Positions 14,732-24,853 of a DNA stretch of 24,853 nucleotides are shown here, one piece after another. The notes below the pieces were generated by a model. The model did no database searches, was not told the DNA's origin, and saw only the letters and a program-made list of their open reading frames with translations. The position numbers were made by a program, and so were the translations under genes. Origin of the DNA: a virus (taxonomy: Duplodnaviria > Caudoviricetes); IMG/VR virus record IMGVR_UViG_3300008255_000454, positions 1 through 24,853 of that record; one strand, given 5' to 3'. Within the stretch, counting starts at the first letter, position 1, and each line of letters starts with the position of its first letter.

Positions 14732-17113
14732 ATGAAAAACCAATTCCTTACGGAAAAAATTTCATCCATTGTCAACGAGCAATTGCCCGAATTTATTCAA
14801 TCGGACCATCCGGTATTTGTTGAATTCTTGCGGGTATATTATGAGTGGATGGAGCAAAATGGGAATGCTCTGGAAGTAGTTTCGCATCATGTTAGCAAAT
14901 ACAACGATGTAGATCATACAACCGATGATCTAATGGACCACTTCGCAAACCAATTCATCAACGACTTTCCTAACACATTGGAAAGCGAACGATCATACAT
15001 CATCAAGAATATCCGGGACTTCTATCTAGCAAAAGGTTCTGAAAAAGCATTCCGACTACTGTTCAAAATTCTCTTTAATGAAAGCATTCAGTTTTATTAT
15101 CCAAAGACAGATATTCTGAAAGCATCGGACGGATCATATGACATTGTAAAGATCATGCGGGTTACTGCGTTAACAGGTGATCCAGCCAATCTGGTGAGTG
15201 TCCGCATCACACAAAACAATACCGGTGCGTCTGCCATTGTTGAATCGGTTGTGTCATATACCAGCCAAGGAAAACGATTCTACACGCTTACACTTAACCG
15301 ACAGTCGATTGTTGGTGGGTTTGACTTATTCAATTCGATAACGGGAACAAACCCGGATATCTCTGCATTAAATGGTGTGGTGACGTGTAATATTTCACCG
15401 GTTTTTGATTCACTCGTTATTCAATCTGCCGGTGCAAACTACAAGACCGGGGATGTTGTTACGTTTGTTGATGCCGAAGATAGTTCTGATTCTACGGGTT
15501 TTATTCCAACCGGATCAGGAGCTATAGCTATTGTTGATACACTGGTCGGGGGGTCTATAGATTCGATAGCTATTACTGCTGCCGGATCAGGATATACCGC
15601 TGGCGATGCCGTCTTTTTTGTTAATTCAAACACAAACGGATATGGTGCGGTTTGTCGCGTGGATAGTGTTGATTCAGTTGGTGCAATAACGTCGGTTGAT
15701 CTTATTTCAGGCGGACAACAATACACAACCATACCGGCTGTTTCGGTTGTTCAAACCGTAACGATCAGTTTGGATACGGAATTTGCAAACCGCGATTTTA
15801 TTGTGGGTGAAATTGTGATCGGGTCAATTTCTGGTGCCAAAGCCCGTGTTGTATTTTGGGATAAGGTATCCAATAAACTAAAACTATATCGATTTACGGA
15901 CGACCCGTTTGGGTTGACAGACACATTAACATCCGTTAAGAGCGGGATTTCAGCCGGGATAACCGCGATTAGTGGATCTGGTGCGGTGCTTACACCATCA
16001 TCAACCACTATCGGCGGAATTTCGTCACTCAATATCATCGATCATGGTCAGGAATATTCGTTCCCACCGTCATTGATTGTGGTTGATACATCAAACACAA
16101 TCACTACACCAGTATCATTGTATCGTACAACCGGAAATCCGCAAACCGGAACCACAAAAGACATTATCTTTTTGGATAGCACAGCATCATCAACGGATGA
16201 TGTTTATACGGGTGCGACTATCAAGATGAATTTCCCGGATTCAACCGTCGAGTACCGCGACATTATTGATTATATTGGGCGGGATAAAAAGATAATTGTC
16301 AACCGAGCATTCACACAAATTCCCGATGGTTCAACCACATACACAATCAGCGGAACGAAGCGAAGTGCCATAGGAACATTCAAGGGGAAATTCACGGATA
16401 ATAGCGGGTTTTTGAGTTCAACGAAGTTCCTTCAAGACAACGAATTCTATCAGGATTTTTCGTATCAGATTAAATCCAAACGATTAATTTCTGAATTTCA
16501 ACGGGTGATAAAGCAACAAGCCCACCCGGTCGGTATGAAATTGCTGAACGGTATCTTGATTATTCCGGAATTGGACCCGTCGGCTTTTGATAAGGATTAT
16601 GAGACAATCGGGATCAAATCAGAAGACGTAATCGTTCAAGATTATCGCTGTTATTTGCTCAACTCAACCACCACAATGGATAGTTGTCCGGATGGTTCAC
16701 CGGAACCCCTAAAAGCCCACCCAAATACATTTAACACGACCGGGATTTCAACCAAGCACGTATCGGTTTCCAATATCCGGTTTGGTAGTGATAAAGACAG
16801 CACGACCACAACACCATCGGTTACAACGAATCATTTTATTGTCGGCGAAACAGTGGATTTCAGAAACCCAAGTACCTTCGAACGTGTTGGCGGTGCAGTT
16901 GTCGCATCATGGGACGGTGATAGCACGTTGGGGTTGATTGACATAACCGGATCGGTTGCAACAGGAACAATCATTCATGCCAAAGACAGCATCCGAAAAG
17001 CGGATTCTAATAATGGTCTGACAACGGGTATGGCATTTAATGACATTCGTATTGGTGATATCGCCACTTTGACCACCAAGCTATTTGTAAATCTTCCACC
17101 CCACACGATCTAA
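14732..17113 (+). CDS. gp7: Baseplate wedge initiator, gp7-like
   Basis: QLPEFI...FVEFLRVYYEWME; IKNIRDFYLAKGSEKAFRLLFKILF; LKASDG; QDNEFYQDFSY; HPVG; located between gp6 and gp8. Confidence 0.8.
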   Translation: MKNQFLTEKISSIVNEQLPEFIQSDHPVFVEFLRVYYEWMEQNGNALEVVSHHVSKYNDVDHTTDDLMDHFANQFINDFPNTLESERSYIIKNIRDFYLAKGSEKAFRLLFKILFNESIQFYYPKTDILKASDGSYDIVKIMRVTALTGDPANLVSVRITQNNTGASAIVESVVSYTSQGKRFYTLTLNRQSIVGGFDLFNSITGTNPDISALNGVVTCNISPVFDSLVIQSAGANYKTGDVVTFVDAEDSSDSTGFIPTGSGAIAIVDTLVGGSIDSIAITAAGSGYTAGDAVFFVNSNTNGYGAVCRVDSVDSVGAITSVDLISGGQQYTTIPAVSVVQTVTISLDTEFANRDFIVGEIVIGSISGAKARVVFWDKVSNKLKLYRFTDDPFGLTDTLTSVKSGISAGITAISGSGAVLTPSSTTIGGISSLNIIDHGQEYSFPPSLIVVDTSNTITTPVSLYRTTGNPQTGTTKDIIFLDSTASSTDDVYTGATIKMNFPDSTVEYRDIIDYIGRDKKIIVNRAFTQIPDGSTTYTISGTKRSAIGTFKGKFTDNSGFLSSTKFLQDNEFYQDFSYQIKSKRLISEFQRVIKQQAHPVGMKLLNGILIIPELDPSAFDKDYETIGIKSEDVIVQDYRCYLLNSTTTMDSCPDGSPEPLKAHPNTFNTTGISTKHVSVSNIRFGSDKDSTTTTPSVTTNHFIVGETVDFRNPSTFERVGGAVVASWDGDSTLGLIDITGSVATGTIIHAKDSIRKADSNNGLTTGMAFNDIRIGDIATLTTKLFVNLPPHTI

Positions 17114-17116
17114 ATA
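17109..17116 (+). promoter_or_regulatory. Possible variant late promoter (TCTAAATA)
   Basis: One mismatch to TATAAATA, about 25 nt upstream of gp8; overlaps the gp7 stop codon. Confidence 0.3.
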
Positions 17117-17140
17117 CATAGAAGACAATAGGATTATCTT

Positions 17141-18802
17141 ATGGCAATCGCATCTTTACTAACGAAGAATTTTGGTCTATATTCCGCACAAGCATTTGTG
17201 GAAAGTTTTTCGTCATTGAAAGATGATAATATCACGTTCAAGAATAACACATATTTCTTTATTGGGAAGGTGTCACAATGGGCGGATCAGGATGGGGATT
17301 CTGTAGCTGACGAGGCGGCAGATATCACAACACCATTAAATACCCGCACACAACAGTTGGTTATTTGGGATGGAATGATCGGTGCGAAACGAGTGCAGCC
17401 AAGCGACGTTCGGCTGGTTATTTCAAAGCACCAATGGGATACCAGCAAGAATACGATTTATGCTGAATATTCCGACACGGATTCTTCTCTATTCTTACAC
17501 CCTACAGCAAGCGAATCGGTTAATGGGAAAAATGCTATCGGTGGTCCAAGCGGAATTCAATACGATGCTGGATCATTTTATGTTTTGACTGATAACAACA
17601 ATGTTTATAAGTGCCTGCAAACGGGAAGAAATTCCGATGGCATTAAAATCAAATCAACCGTCAAACCAACATCATCCACGCCCATTCCATTCCGAACACT
17701 TGATTCGAGTGCGTGCACGTATAATCCGGATTCAACCACAGACAACAAGATCGGCGGATATCTATGGAAATATATGTACACAATCAGTTCTGGTGATATG
17801 AATAAATTTGTGGACACCGAATTTTCTGGGTGGATTCCGATTCGGTTGGTTGATCCAAGTATTCCTGGTGACTATGAAACACAATTGATCGTGCAAAACA
17901 CAGCCGTTGATGGTAAGGTTAATGTTGTTCGGGTTCAAAATGTGACGACAAACGGACCGTGGTTGAAGGGTTCCGTTTCTATTGCGGATAGTGTTGACTA
18001 TGATACTCGATATCGATTAACAGAATCTAACGGTGGAATTTCCGGAAATGGATCGGGGTTGGTTGTTGATTTGTATGTCAATCCGGCTGGCAAGATTTAT
18101 TTTGCGGACGTTGTGTCAGGTGGTCAAGATTACAGTACGGTTACAATTACACCCGGTTCTGCCCAATATATTGACAAAAACGGAAACCTTGATACCGGAA
18201 TTATCCTAACCCCGGATAGTTCAGGATCATTTACAGACGTGACTCTGAAGATTGAAATATCCCCACAAGGCGGACATGGGTTTGATGCTCCTGCGGAATT
18301 GGGTGCCACGCGAGCAATGTTGGCTGTGAAGCTGGATTCCGATGAAAATTCAACACTACCAATTACCAACGATTATCGAAAATTTGGATTGATTCATGAT
18401 CCGCGATTGTTTGGATCAACGAATATCGCAACCGGGGCAAATTACGATCAAACTTTGACACTAAATATTACTAAGACTAGCGGTGTGTTTGTAGCCGCGT
18501 CCTATGTAAATGACGAAATTATTTACATTTCCGGGGATAGCACAATTACAGGTCGCGTGGTTTCATTTACAGTGAACGACTCGGCTGCCACGGGTGTATT
18601 GAAATTGGTAAATGTTGAAGGAACATTCGCAACAACAGAAACGATTTTAGGTGCGACGGGTGGGGTGACAGCCACAATAAATTCGATAGTTCAACCGGCA
18701 ATGGCGGAAAATTCAGGTAAAGTAATGTATATCGAGCACCGGCAACCAATCACACGAAACACGGATCAAACTGAATCATTCAAAATGATTTTTGAATTTT
18801 AA
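17141..18802 (+). CDS. gp8: Baseplate wedge subunit gp8
   Basis: YFFIGK..W, WDGMIGAKRV, FYVLTD.NNVYKCL, GYLWKYMYTI, SPQGGHG.D...ELGA, NDYRKFGLI.DP, C-terminal SGKVMYIEHR.PITR...QTE.FK.IFEF. Confidence 0.88.
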   Translation: MAIASLLTKNFGLYSAQAFVESFSSLKDDNITFKNNTYFFIGKVSQWADQDGDSVADEAADITTPLNTRTQQLVIWDGMIGAKRVQPSDVRLVISKHQWDTSKNTIYAEYSDTDSSLFLHPTASESVNGKNAIGGPSGIQYDAGSFYVLTDNNNVYKCLQTGRNSDGIKIKSTVKPTSSTPIPFRTLDSSACTYNPDSTTDNKIGGYLWKYMYTISSGDMNKFVDTEFSGWIPIRLVDPSIPGDYETQLIVQNTAVDGKVNVVRVQNVTTNGPWLKGSVSIADSVDYDTRYRLTESNGGISGNGSGLVVDLYVNPAGKIYFADVVSGGQDYSTVTITPGSAQYIDKNGNLDTGIILTPDSSGSFTDVTLKIEISPQGGHGFDAPAELGATRAMLAVKLDSDENSTLPITNDYRKFGLIHDPRLFGSTNIATGANYDQTLTLNITKTSGVFVAASYVNDEIIYISGDSTITGRVVSFTVNDSAATGVLKLVNVEGTFATTETILGATGGVTATINSIVQPAMAENSGKVMYIEHRQPITRNTDQTESFKMIFEF

Positions 18803-18817
18803 GCGGGAACAACAGGT

Positions 18818-21800
18818 ATGACACTCAATTTTAATGTTAGCCCATACTATGACGATTATAATGAAGATAATCAATTCTTGCGAATTTTGTTCAAGCCGGG
18901 GAAAGCCGTTCAAGCCCGCGAACTTACGCAAGCACAAACAATTCTTCAAAATCAAGTTGGACGATTCGGGGACCACGTTTTCAAAGACGGAAGCGTGGTG
19001 CTCGGCGGTCAAACATCCGTTGATCTTGAATACAATTTCGTCAAGATCGAAGACACGTTTTCTTCTGATACCATTATCCCTTCCGATTTTCTCGGAAAGA
19101 TTCTTGTTGGTAAGAATTCATTTGCCAAAGCATTAGTTGTCAATACTGCGACACCGGGAAACAATGGTCTAGACTCTGATGATCCGAATACACTATGGGT
19201 TAAATATCTCACGGGCAATCAAACCCAAACACTTTTTATTCAATCAGCCCCAGCCACGGCATTCACACCAAATTCATCGTTGACGGTTGACGGAGCGGAT
19301 ACGACTGCCCGCGTTGTTTTTTATGATTCGGTTAATTTGTTTTTGATCGTTGATCGTGTAACCGGCGATGCGTTTACATCCGGCGCGGTTGTGCGTACTT
19401 CCGCTACGGTAAGTGCTACATTAGACGTTCTTGATTTTGTCGCAAACAAAAATGAATTTCACCAAACAGAACAACTGACAGTTCCGGCTAGACTCACGCT
19501 GGAAAACACCCCAAGCACAAATCCGGTATTGGGTTCTCTGGTTTACGTCTCAACTCGCGGGGCTAATACCTACAATGCAAACAATACCATTGCCAAAGCT
19601 ATTGTTGTTGCTTATGATGCAGATTCCAAGATTCTGGACTTGGCTCGCGTAACCGGATCGTTTATCGACAGTGATATTATCACCAGCCAATTTTCCGACA
19701 GCGTAACATTTTCCGAAACCGTTTCGGATTATGTTGCGGGGGATGAAACAAACGTCGAAAACAATGCAACTGTTCAAGCCGACAGTGTAACACCCACGGG
19801 AACTGGTTCCGCTGCGTCTGTAGAGCGGGGAATTTTCTACATCAAAACTGGGAATACCGAAGACGGAAACAACCCATTCAGCGAAGGATATTTTGCGTTA
19901 ACAAAACAGCAAACAATTGTTCTTGATCCATACACAAATACCCCAACATACCGCGTGGGTATTAATGTCATTGAAAACATTGTAACATCCAACGACACAG
20001 ATACAACACTTGCAAACAGTCTGCTTGATCCAGCCAATGGGTTCAGCAACTATCTTGCACCCGGTGGCGACCGGTATCAAATTGTACCCACACTTATCAA
20101 GAAAACATTAGCCGATACAGACGATGTCAAATTCATTGAATTGCTTCAATTGAATTCCGGTAAGTTGGTTAAGCAGATTTCATATCCGGTTTATTCCGAA
20201 TTGGAAAAAACTCTGGCACGTCGCACTTACGATGAATCCGGTGATTATACCGTCCGACCGTTTGGAATTCGATTACTCGAAAGCCAAGTCGAACACACAA
20301 TAACACGTATCCAAGTATTGACGGTTAACCCAACGACGAAAATTGGAACGATCCGAATCACTTTGTCCGAGGCACCATCAAATGTGTCTGTTGGTGATTA
20401 CATCAAAATCAAGGGTGTTAGCACATCATTGAATTATCCCGATTTGTTGAATAGAACGTTCCCGGTCACAAGTGTGGTTTCAAACTTAATTGAGGTTCAA
20501 AATTCCCTTGATGATGATTATTTCGATACAACTGATTATACCGGAACAAATGTCGCTAGTGCTAAATTAATCAACGACAGCAAATTTGCAATCGGTCTTG
20601 AACCAGGAAAAGCATATATCCGTGGTCATGAGTATGAAACACAATCAACAACATTCATTGAAGCGGATCGCGCCCGTAGAGCAGATGATACCGTAACAGA
20701 TTCATCGGAAAATGTGTTTTGTAATTATGCGAATTACATGATCGTCACCGAATTGCGGGGTGACTTCTTTACATCAAAATCAACCGGAAATACCATCGAT
20801 TCTGATGAAAGTATCCCGGTAGAATTAGAAGATTCATCGGGTCAAGTTGTCGCGATTGCAAACCTTGTGGGAATTCGGTATCACTCTGGAACCGGTGTTC
20901 AAAATGACGTAAGTATTGGTAGCAGTTATCGCCATCGTATGTATATGTCAGATATCGTAGCTATCGATAGCACAGCCACTCTGGAAGATGTGACACGAAT
21001 CACACTAGCCGCCGACAGCACGATTTATGCTGATATTGCCGATGAAGGAAAGATCGACACAGATAATGACGACGTTGTTGATAAGACTGTTGTGTTTCGC
21101 GGGTTTGGCGATGGGTATGTATTTCCGATCACTTCTAATGAAGTGAAAAAAGCCAGCGTTGCAACCGGATCGACAAGCTATTTCATCAAGAAGTATCTGA
21201 CAGGAACATTTGCGAGTGGTGTAGCAACATTTACGGTTTCAGGAACAGATAAATTTTTTGGGTCTGGTGTCCTTGATTCTGACGTTATTAAAGAACACTA
21301 CCACGTTATTGCTGGAACAGTAACCGCATTTGATTCTACAAATGGGGATGTCCAAACCGACGAAGTTATCGAATTTGACGCCACCGCAAATACAGGATCA
21401 ACTGTCAGTTTGTCGTCGGATCGTCAAACACTGACAATCACGATGATCGATAGCACGCTAACATCATCGGCTAATACAACAATTGTTGTTGCGACAATCG
21501 AAGCACAAACATCAACGTTGAAGAAATTCAAAGACCTGCATATTAGTCGGGTAGACGATTCAACCACCAACACAACAGGAATCCCAGATACTTCACTTGC
21601 TGGAACTACATTTGGTCAAATCCGATTCAACGGCAATTCATTTACACGCGCCGGGGATAAGGCATCTTTAGGTGTGTCTGATGTTTTCAAACTCCGCAAG
21701 GTTATCGTTAATGATAGCACGTCGCTTGACGTTACGGATAGATTCATGCTGTTGAACAATCAAAAAGATCATATGTATGATAACTCATTGATCACATTGA

Positions 21801-24800
21801 AAAATGGTGTGAAGGCATTTGATTCCACTGATTCTCTGCTTGTTTACTTCGATTGGTTTGAACCAGCGAGCACGGGGGTGTGTTTCCATATCGATTCATA
21901 TCCCGTTGAATTGACTCAAATCCCATATTTCGTTGGATCAAATTCTGGTAAAACGATTGATTTGAAGAAGTGTTTTGACTTCAGACCACACAAGAGTAAT
22001 GTAACTACCGCGAAATTTGGAACAACCAGTTTCAATGCGAACGGAACAATCACACTACCATCAAGTATCACGGTTGTTCGCGGTGATAGATTGGTAGTTT
22101 CAGGTGCATCAAATCCGGCGAATAATGGCGTCTTTGTTGTTACCGCCAGTGTAACATCGGCGTCCGTTGTTGTTCGCGGAGCCGGATCATTGGTGACTTC
22201 TGCATCAAACACGAACGTTACGGTTCAACTTCAATCATACGGAAGTTTCAAAGCAAATTCAGCACAGCGTTTGCCGGTTGTCAACACAAATATCGTTACG
22301 AATTTCGCGTATTATTTGCCGCGTAAGGCTAAGGTTTATCTTGACAAGAACCGCACGTTCAACATTCTGAACGGTGTGCCCGCACAGAATCCGGTTGTTC
22401 CGCCTGATGTTTCAACCGCAATGACTCTATATGAATTGGGAATTCCAGAATTCACGGAAAAACCAACATCGATCACAATTAAATTTGTTGACAATCGACG
22501 GTTCACAATGGCGGATATTCGAGGATTGGAACGCAGAATCGAAAGCCTTGAATACTATACACAATTGAGTTTGCTTGAAAAGGATACAGCCAATCTTTTG
22601 ATTACAGATAATCAGGGATTGGATCGATTCAAGAACGGTATTCTCGTTGACAACTTCAAGGGTCATAATGTCGGCGACGTTGCAAATGAAGATTACAGGT
22701 GTTCAATTGATACCCTTAAATCTGAATTGCGTCCGCCATTCCGAAGTGAATTCGTTGATTTCTATCAGTCGTTTGTTTCTAGTTCAGGAATTAAGAAAAC
22801 GGGCGATCTTGTGACTTTGGATTATACCGAAGTTACTTTCGTTGACCAGTCTCTGGCTAGCGATACCGTAAATGTTAATCCGTTTGCAGTGGCTAGCTTT
22901 ATTGGAACACTCACACTTGATCCACCGTCGGACGTTTGGATTGATACCGACGTTCGTCCGGATGTTTTGGTCAATGTGACGGGTGAAAATGATGCATGGG
23001 AATTCATTTCCAATTCACTATCATCATCCGGATTCGGAACAGAATGGTCTGATTGGAATACCACTTGGACGGGTGAAAATGTTGTGTCCAGCAAAGAATT
23101 CAGCACACAAAAGCAAGCTGTGTTCGAGGATGGTACACGATCTGGTGCCCACCGAAACAAAGTAGCTGAACGTCAGGTTGTTGAGGTTTCAGAACGACAA
23201 ACGCGAACAGGAATCACCACAACGTTTGCTCCTGAAACAATTACACAGAGCATCGGCGAGCGAGTAGTTAACGTAAGCATTGTTCCATTTATTCGTGCTC
23301 AAAATATTACTGTCACAGCCACAGGATTGAAGCCGAATATTCGTCTATATGCATTTTTCGATCAAACCGATGTTACCGAATTTTGTAATGGCGGGACGGC
23401 TATTGTGACGGACGGTGCCGGTGAAGTAACATTTACCTTTGCTGTCCCAGCCGCTACGTTCCGAACAGGAACACGTCGATTCCGGGTTACAGATAATCTT
23501 ACAAATAATCTGGCATCATCTGAAACATCTGCCGAAACATTATTTCAAGCACAGGGATTGCTACAGCAAACCGAAAATGTTACGCTTTCTACACGGGTGC
23601 CACAGCTCCGTCGCGAAACTACAGTTGAAGATCGTGTTGTTAGTAGTGTTGTAAATCGAACACAATTGAATGGTCAAAATGTTGTGAAATGGCGTGATCC
23701 GCTGGCTCAAACATTTTTGGTTGATGCAGGACTTTATTCACAGGGCATTTTCTTGTCGTCTGTTGATTTGTATTTTTCAGCTAAGGATGCAAACGGTCTT
23801 CCGATTACACTTGAAATTCGCACAACCGAAAATGGATATCCATCACAGAAGATTGTTCCATTTTCTCAAAAGACACTAAAGCCATCAAGTGTAAATCCGT
23901 CTTCGGATGCATCAACCACAACCAGATTCACATTTGATTCCCCGGTATATCTTGCACCCGGTCAGGAATATGCATTGGTCCTTTTGACTAACAGCACGGA
24001 ATATCGAACATTTGTTGCGGAAGTTGGAAAGACGAACATTGCAGATGATCGTCGTATTTCCAAACAACCATATGCCGGTGTCATGTTCAAATCACAAAAC
24101 GCTTCTACCTGGAGCGCAGATCAAACCCTTGATTTAACCTTCCGGTTGAATAAGTGTGCATTTACATCATCCTCTGCCACCGCTACATTCACATTGCCAG
24201 CCGGTTCTGTAACCAGCCAATTGGGTAGAAGCACAGCCACAGCAACCGCGACAATGCCCGACAGCACGGTCACATCTGTTACCGTGACAAGCGGCGGTCT
24301 CGGCTATTATACTCGCGCTCCGAAGGTGACTTTCAGCAGCGGAACCGCGAAAGCCAAGGCTAAGATTTCTGGTGGTGTCGTAACTGATATTGTTGTGACA
24401 AATGCCGGATCGGGATACGTTTCCACGCCGACGGTTTCAATTGAAGCACCAGCGGTTGTCATGGATGTTGTTGAATTGATGACGGCGGAATTGACGTTCG
24501 ACGGTGCGACGTTAACCCATAAATTAACGTCAAGTCTGGATGATCCAACGGCATCCGGTGTCGGCACGTCCGCGTCCTTATTGACAATTCCAGCCAATGA
24601 AAATCTGGTTTTTGGAAAACGCGGAACGGAATTGCTAGGTCGTCAAAAGATTACCGATACCACAAGTACAACAATTACTTCTGTGTTCACAGGCACTACC
24701 GATGTTTCCCCTGTTATGGATATTCAACGATTCGGTTTGATTTGTGTTGGTAATATTATCAACCCGTTGTTCACAAATGGAACATCTGGTATTGATATTG

Positions 24801-24853
24801 ACTCAACAGAAACCAAATCCGTAGGTGGTGATGCGTTTGCAAAATATGTAACA
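18818..24853 (+). CDS. Large DUF4815/VrlC-like virion structural (baseplate/tail) protein, >2012 aa, 3'-truncated by the window (absent from the ORF track)
   Basis: MTLNFNVSPYYDDY...RILFKPGKAVQARELTQAQTILQNQ; APGGDRY; LARRTYDESGDY; DRFKNGILVDNF; WRDPLAQTF; same frame at all checked positions through to ...AKYVT at the window end. Confidence 0.88.
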   Translation, partial: MTLNFNVSPYYDDYNEDNQFLRILFKPGKAVQARELTQAQTILQNQVGRFGDHVFKDGSVVLGGQTSVDLEYNFVKIEDTFSSDTIIPSDFLGKILVGKNSFAKALVVNTATPGNNGLDSDDPNTLWVKYLTGNQTQTLFIQSAPATAFTPNSSLTVDGADTTARVVFYDSVNLFLIVDRVTGDAFTSGAVVRTSATVSATLDVLDFVANKNEFHQTEQLTVPARLTLENTPSTNPVLGSLVYVSTRGANTYNANNTIAKAIVVAYDADSKILDLARVTGSFIDSDIITSQFSDSVTFSETVSDYVAGDETNVENNATVQADSVTPTGTGSAASVERGIFYIKTGNTEDGNNPFSEGYFALTKQQTIVLDPYTNTPTYRVGINVIENIVTSNDTDTTLANSLLDPANGFSNYLAPGGDRYQIVPTLIKKTLADTDDVKFIELLQLNSGKLVKQISYPVYSELEKTLARRTYDESGDYTVRPFGIRLLESQVEHTITRIQVLTVNPTTKIGTIRITLSEAPSNVSVGDYIKIKGVSTSLNYPDLLNRTFPVTSVVSNLIEVQNSLDDDYFDTTDYTGTNVASAKLINDSKFAIGLEPGKAYIRGHEYETQSTTFIEADRARRADDTVTDSSENVFCNYANYMIVTELRGDFFTSKSTGNTIDSDESIPVELEDSSGQVVAIANLVGIRYHSGTGVQNDVSIGSSYRHRMYMSDIVAIDSTATLEDVTRITLAADSTIYADIADEGKIDTDNDDVVDKTVVFRGFGDGYVFPITSNEVKKASVATGSTSYFIKKYLTGTFASGVATFTVSGTDKFFGSGVLDSDVIKEHYHVIAGTVTAFDSTNGDVQTDEVIEFDATANTGSTVSLSSDRQTLTITMIDSTLTSSANTTIVVATIEAQTSTLKKFKDLHISRVDDSTTNTTGIPDTSLAGTTFGQIRFNGNSFTRAGDKASLGVSDVFKLRKVIVNDSTSLDVTDRFMLLNNQKDHMYDNSLITLKNGVKAFDSTDSLLVYFDWFEPASTGVCFHIDSYPVELTQIPYFVGSNSGKTIDLKKCFDFRPHKSNVTTAKFGTTSFNANGTITLPSSITVVRGDRLVVSGASNPANNGVFVVTASVTSASVVVRGAGSLVTSASNTNVTVQLQSYGSFKANSAQRLPVVNTNIVTNFAYYLPRKAKVYLDKNRTFNILNGVPAQNPVVPPDVSTAMTLYELGIPEFTEKPTSITIKFVDNRRFTMADIRGLERRIESLEYYTQLSLLEKDTANLLITDNQGLDRFKNGILVDNFKGHNVGDVANEDYRCSIDTLKSELRPPFRSEFVDFYQSFVSSSGIKKTGDLVTLDYTEVTFVDQSLASDTVNVNPFAVASFIGTLTLDPPSDVWIDTDVRPDVLVNVTGENDAWEFISNSLSSSGFGTEWSDWNTTWTGENVVSSKEFSTQKQAVFEDGTRSGAHRNKVAERQVVEVSERQTRTGITTTFAPETITQSIGERVVNVSIVPFIRAQNITVTATGLKPNIRLYAFFDQTDVTEFCNGGTAIVTDGAGEVTFTFAVPAATFRTGTRRFRVTDNLTNNLASSETSAETLFQAQGLLQQTENVTLSTRVPQLRRETTVEDRVVSSVVNRTQLNGQNVVKWRDPLAQTFLVDAGLYSQGIFLSSVDLYFSAKDANGLPITLEIRTTENGYPSQKIVPFSQKTLKPSSVNPSSDASTTTRFTFDSPVYLAPGQEYALVLLTNSTEYRTFVAEVGKTNIADDRRISKQPYAGVMFKSQNASTWSADQTLDLTFRLNKCAFTSSSATATFTLPAGSVTSQLGRSTATATATMPDSTVTSVTVTSGGLGYYTRAPKVTFSSGTAKAKAKISGGVVTDIVVTNAGSGYVSTPTVSIEAPAVVMDVVELMTAELTFDGATLTHKLTSSLDDPTASGVGTSASLLTIPANENLVFGKRGTELLGRQKITDTTSTTITSVFTGTTDVSPVMDIQRFGLICVGNIINPLFTNGTSGIDIDSTETKSVGGDAFAKYVT

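Noticed and set aside
18834-19136. 100-aa ORF and the other short ORFs listed within 18.8-24.6 kb
   Set aside because: Alternative-frame or antisense ORFs inside the large DUF4815-like gene.
1-24853. Alternative genetic code (stop-codon reassignment)
   Set aside because: Conserved long genes are intact under code 11, and TAA, TGA and TAG all terminate plausible genes.
1-24853. tRNA, rRNA, introns, inteins, transposases
   Set aside because: None recognisable; thyA and the baseplate genes are uninterrupted.

Overview
Fragment of a T4-like (myovirus) phage genome; all credible genes are on the + strand. The left half (1-12745) is an early/accessory region driven by at least five sigma70-type TTGACA/TAxxxT promoters. 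It holds a CobT-like VWA protein and a CobS/MoxR-type AAA+ ATPase, a family of 24-aa 'HRxxGLPAxE' repeat proteins, a ribosomal bL12 C-terminal-like protein, a 2H phosphoesterase (Acb1/gp57B-like), small membrane proteins and thymidylate synthase. It also holds 12 divergent paralogs of an unrecognised ~110-190 aa domain (xGW...WxIP[E/D]...LxxxH). Two of these are fused to the repeat module through identical DNA blocks, which suggests cassette shuffling, and one fusion is out of frame at an A9 tract. After a terminator and a T4 late promoter (TATAAATA), the right half (12872-24853) is a baseplate operon: gp6, gp7-like, gp8 and a >2000-aa DUF4815/VrlC-like structural protein that runs off the window. 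Three of these four proteins are unusually rich in the tripeptide D-S-T. All family assignments come from motif recognition only, with no database searches.
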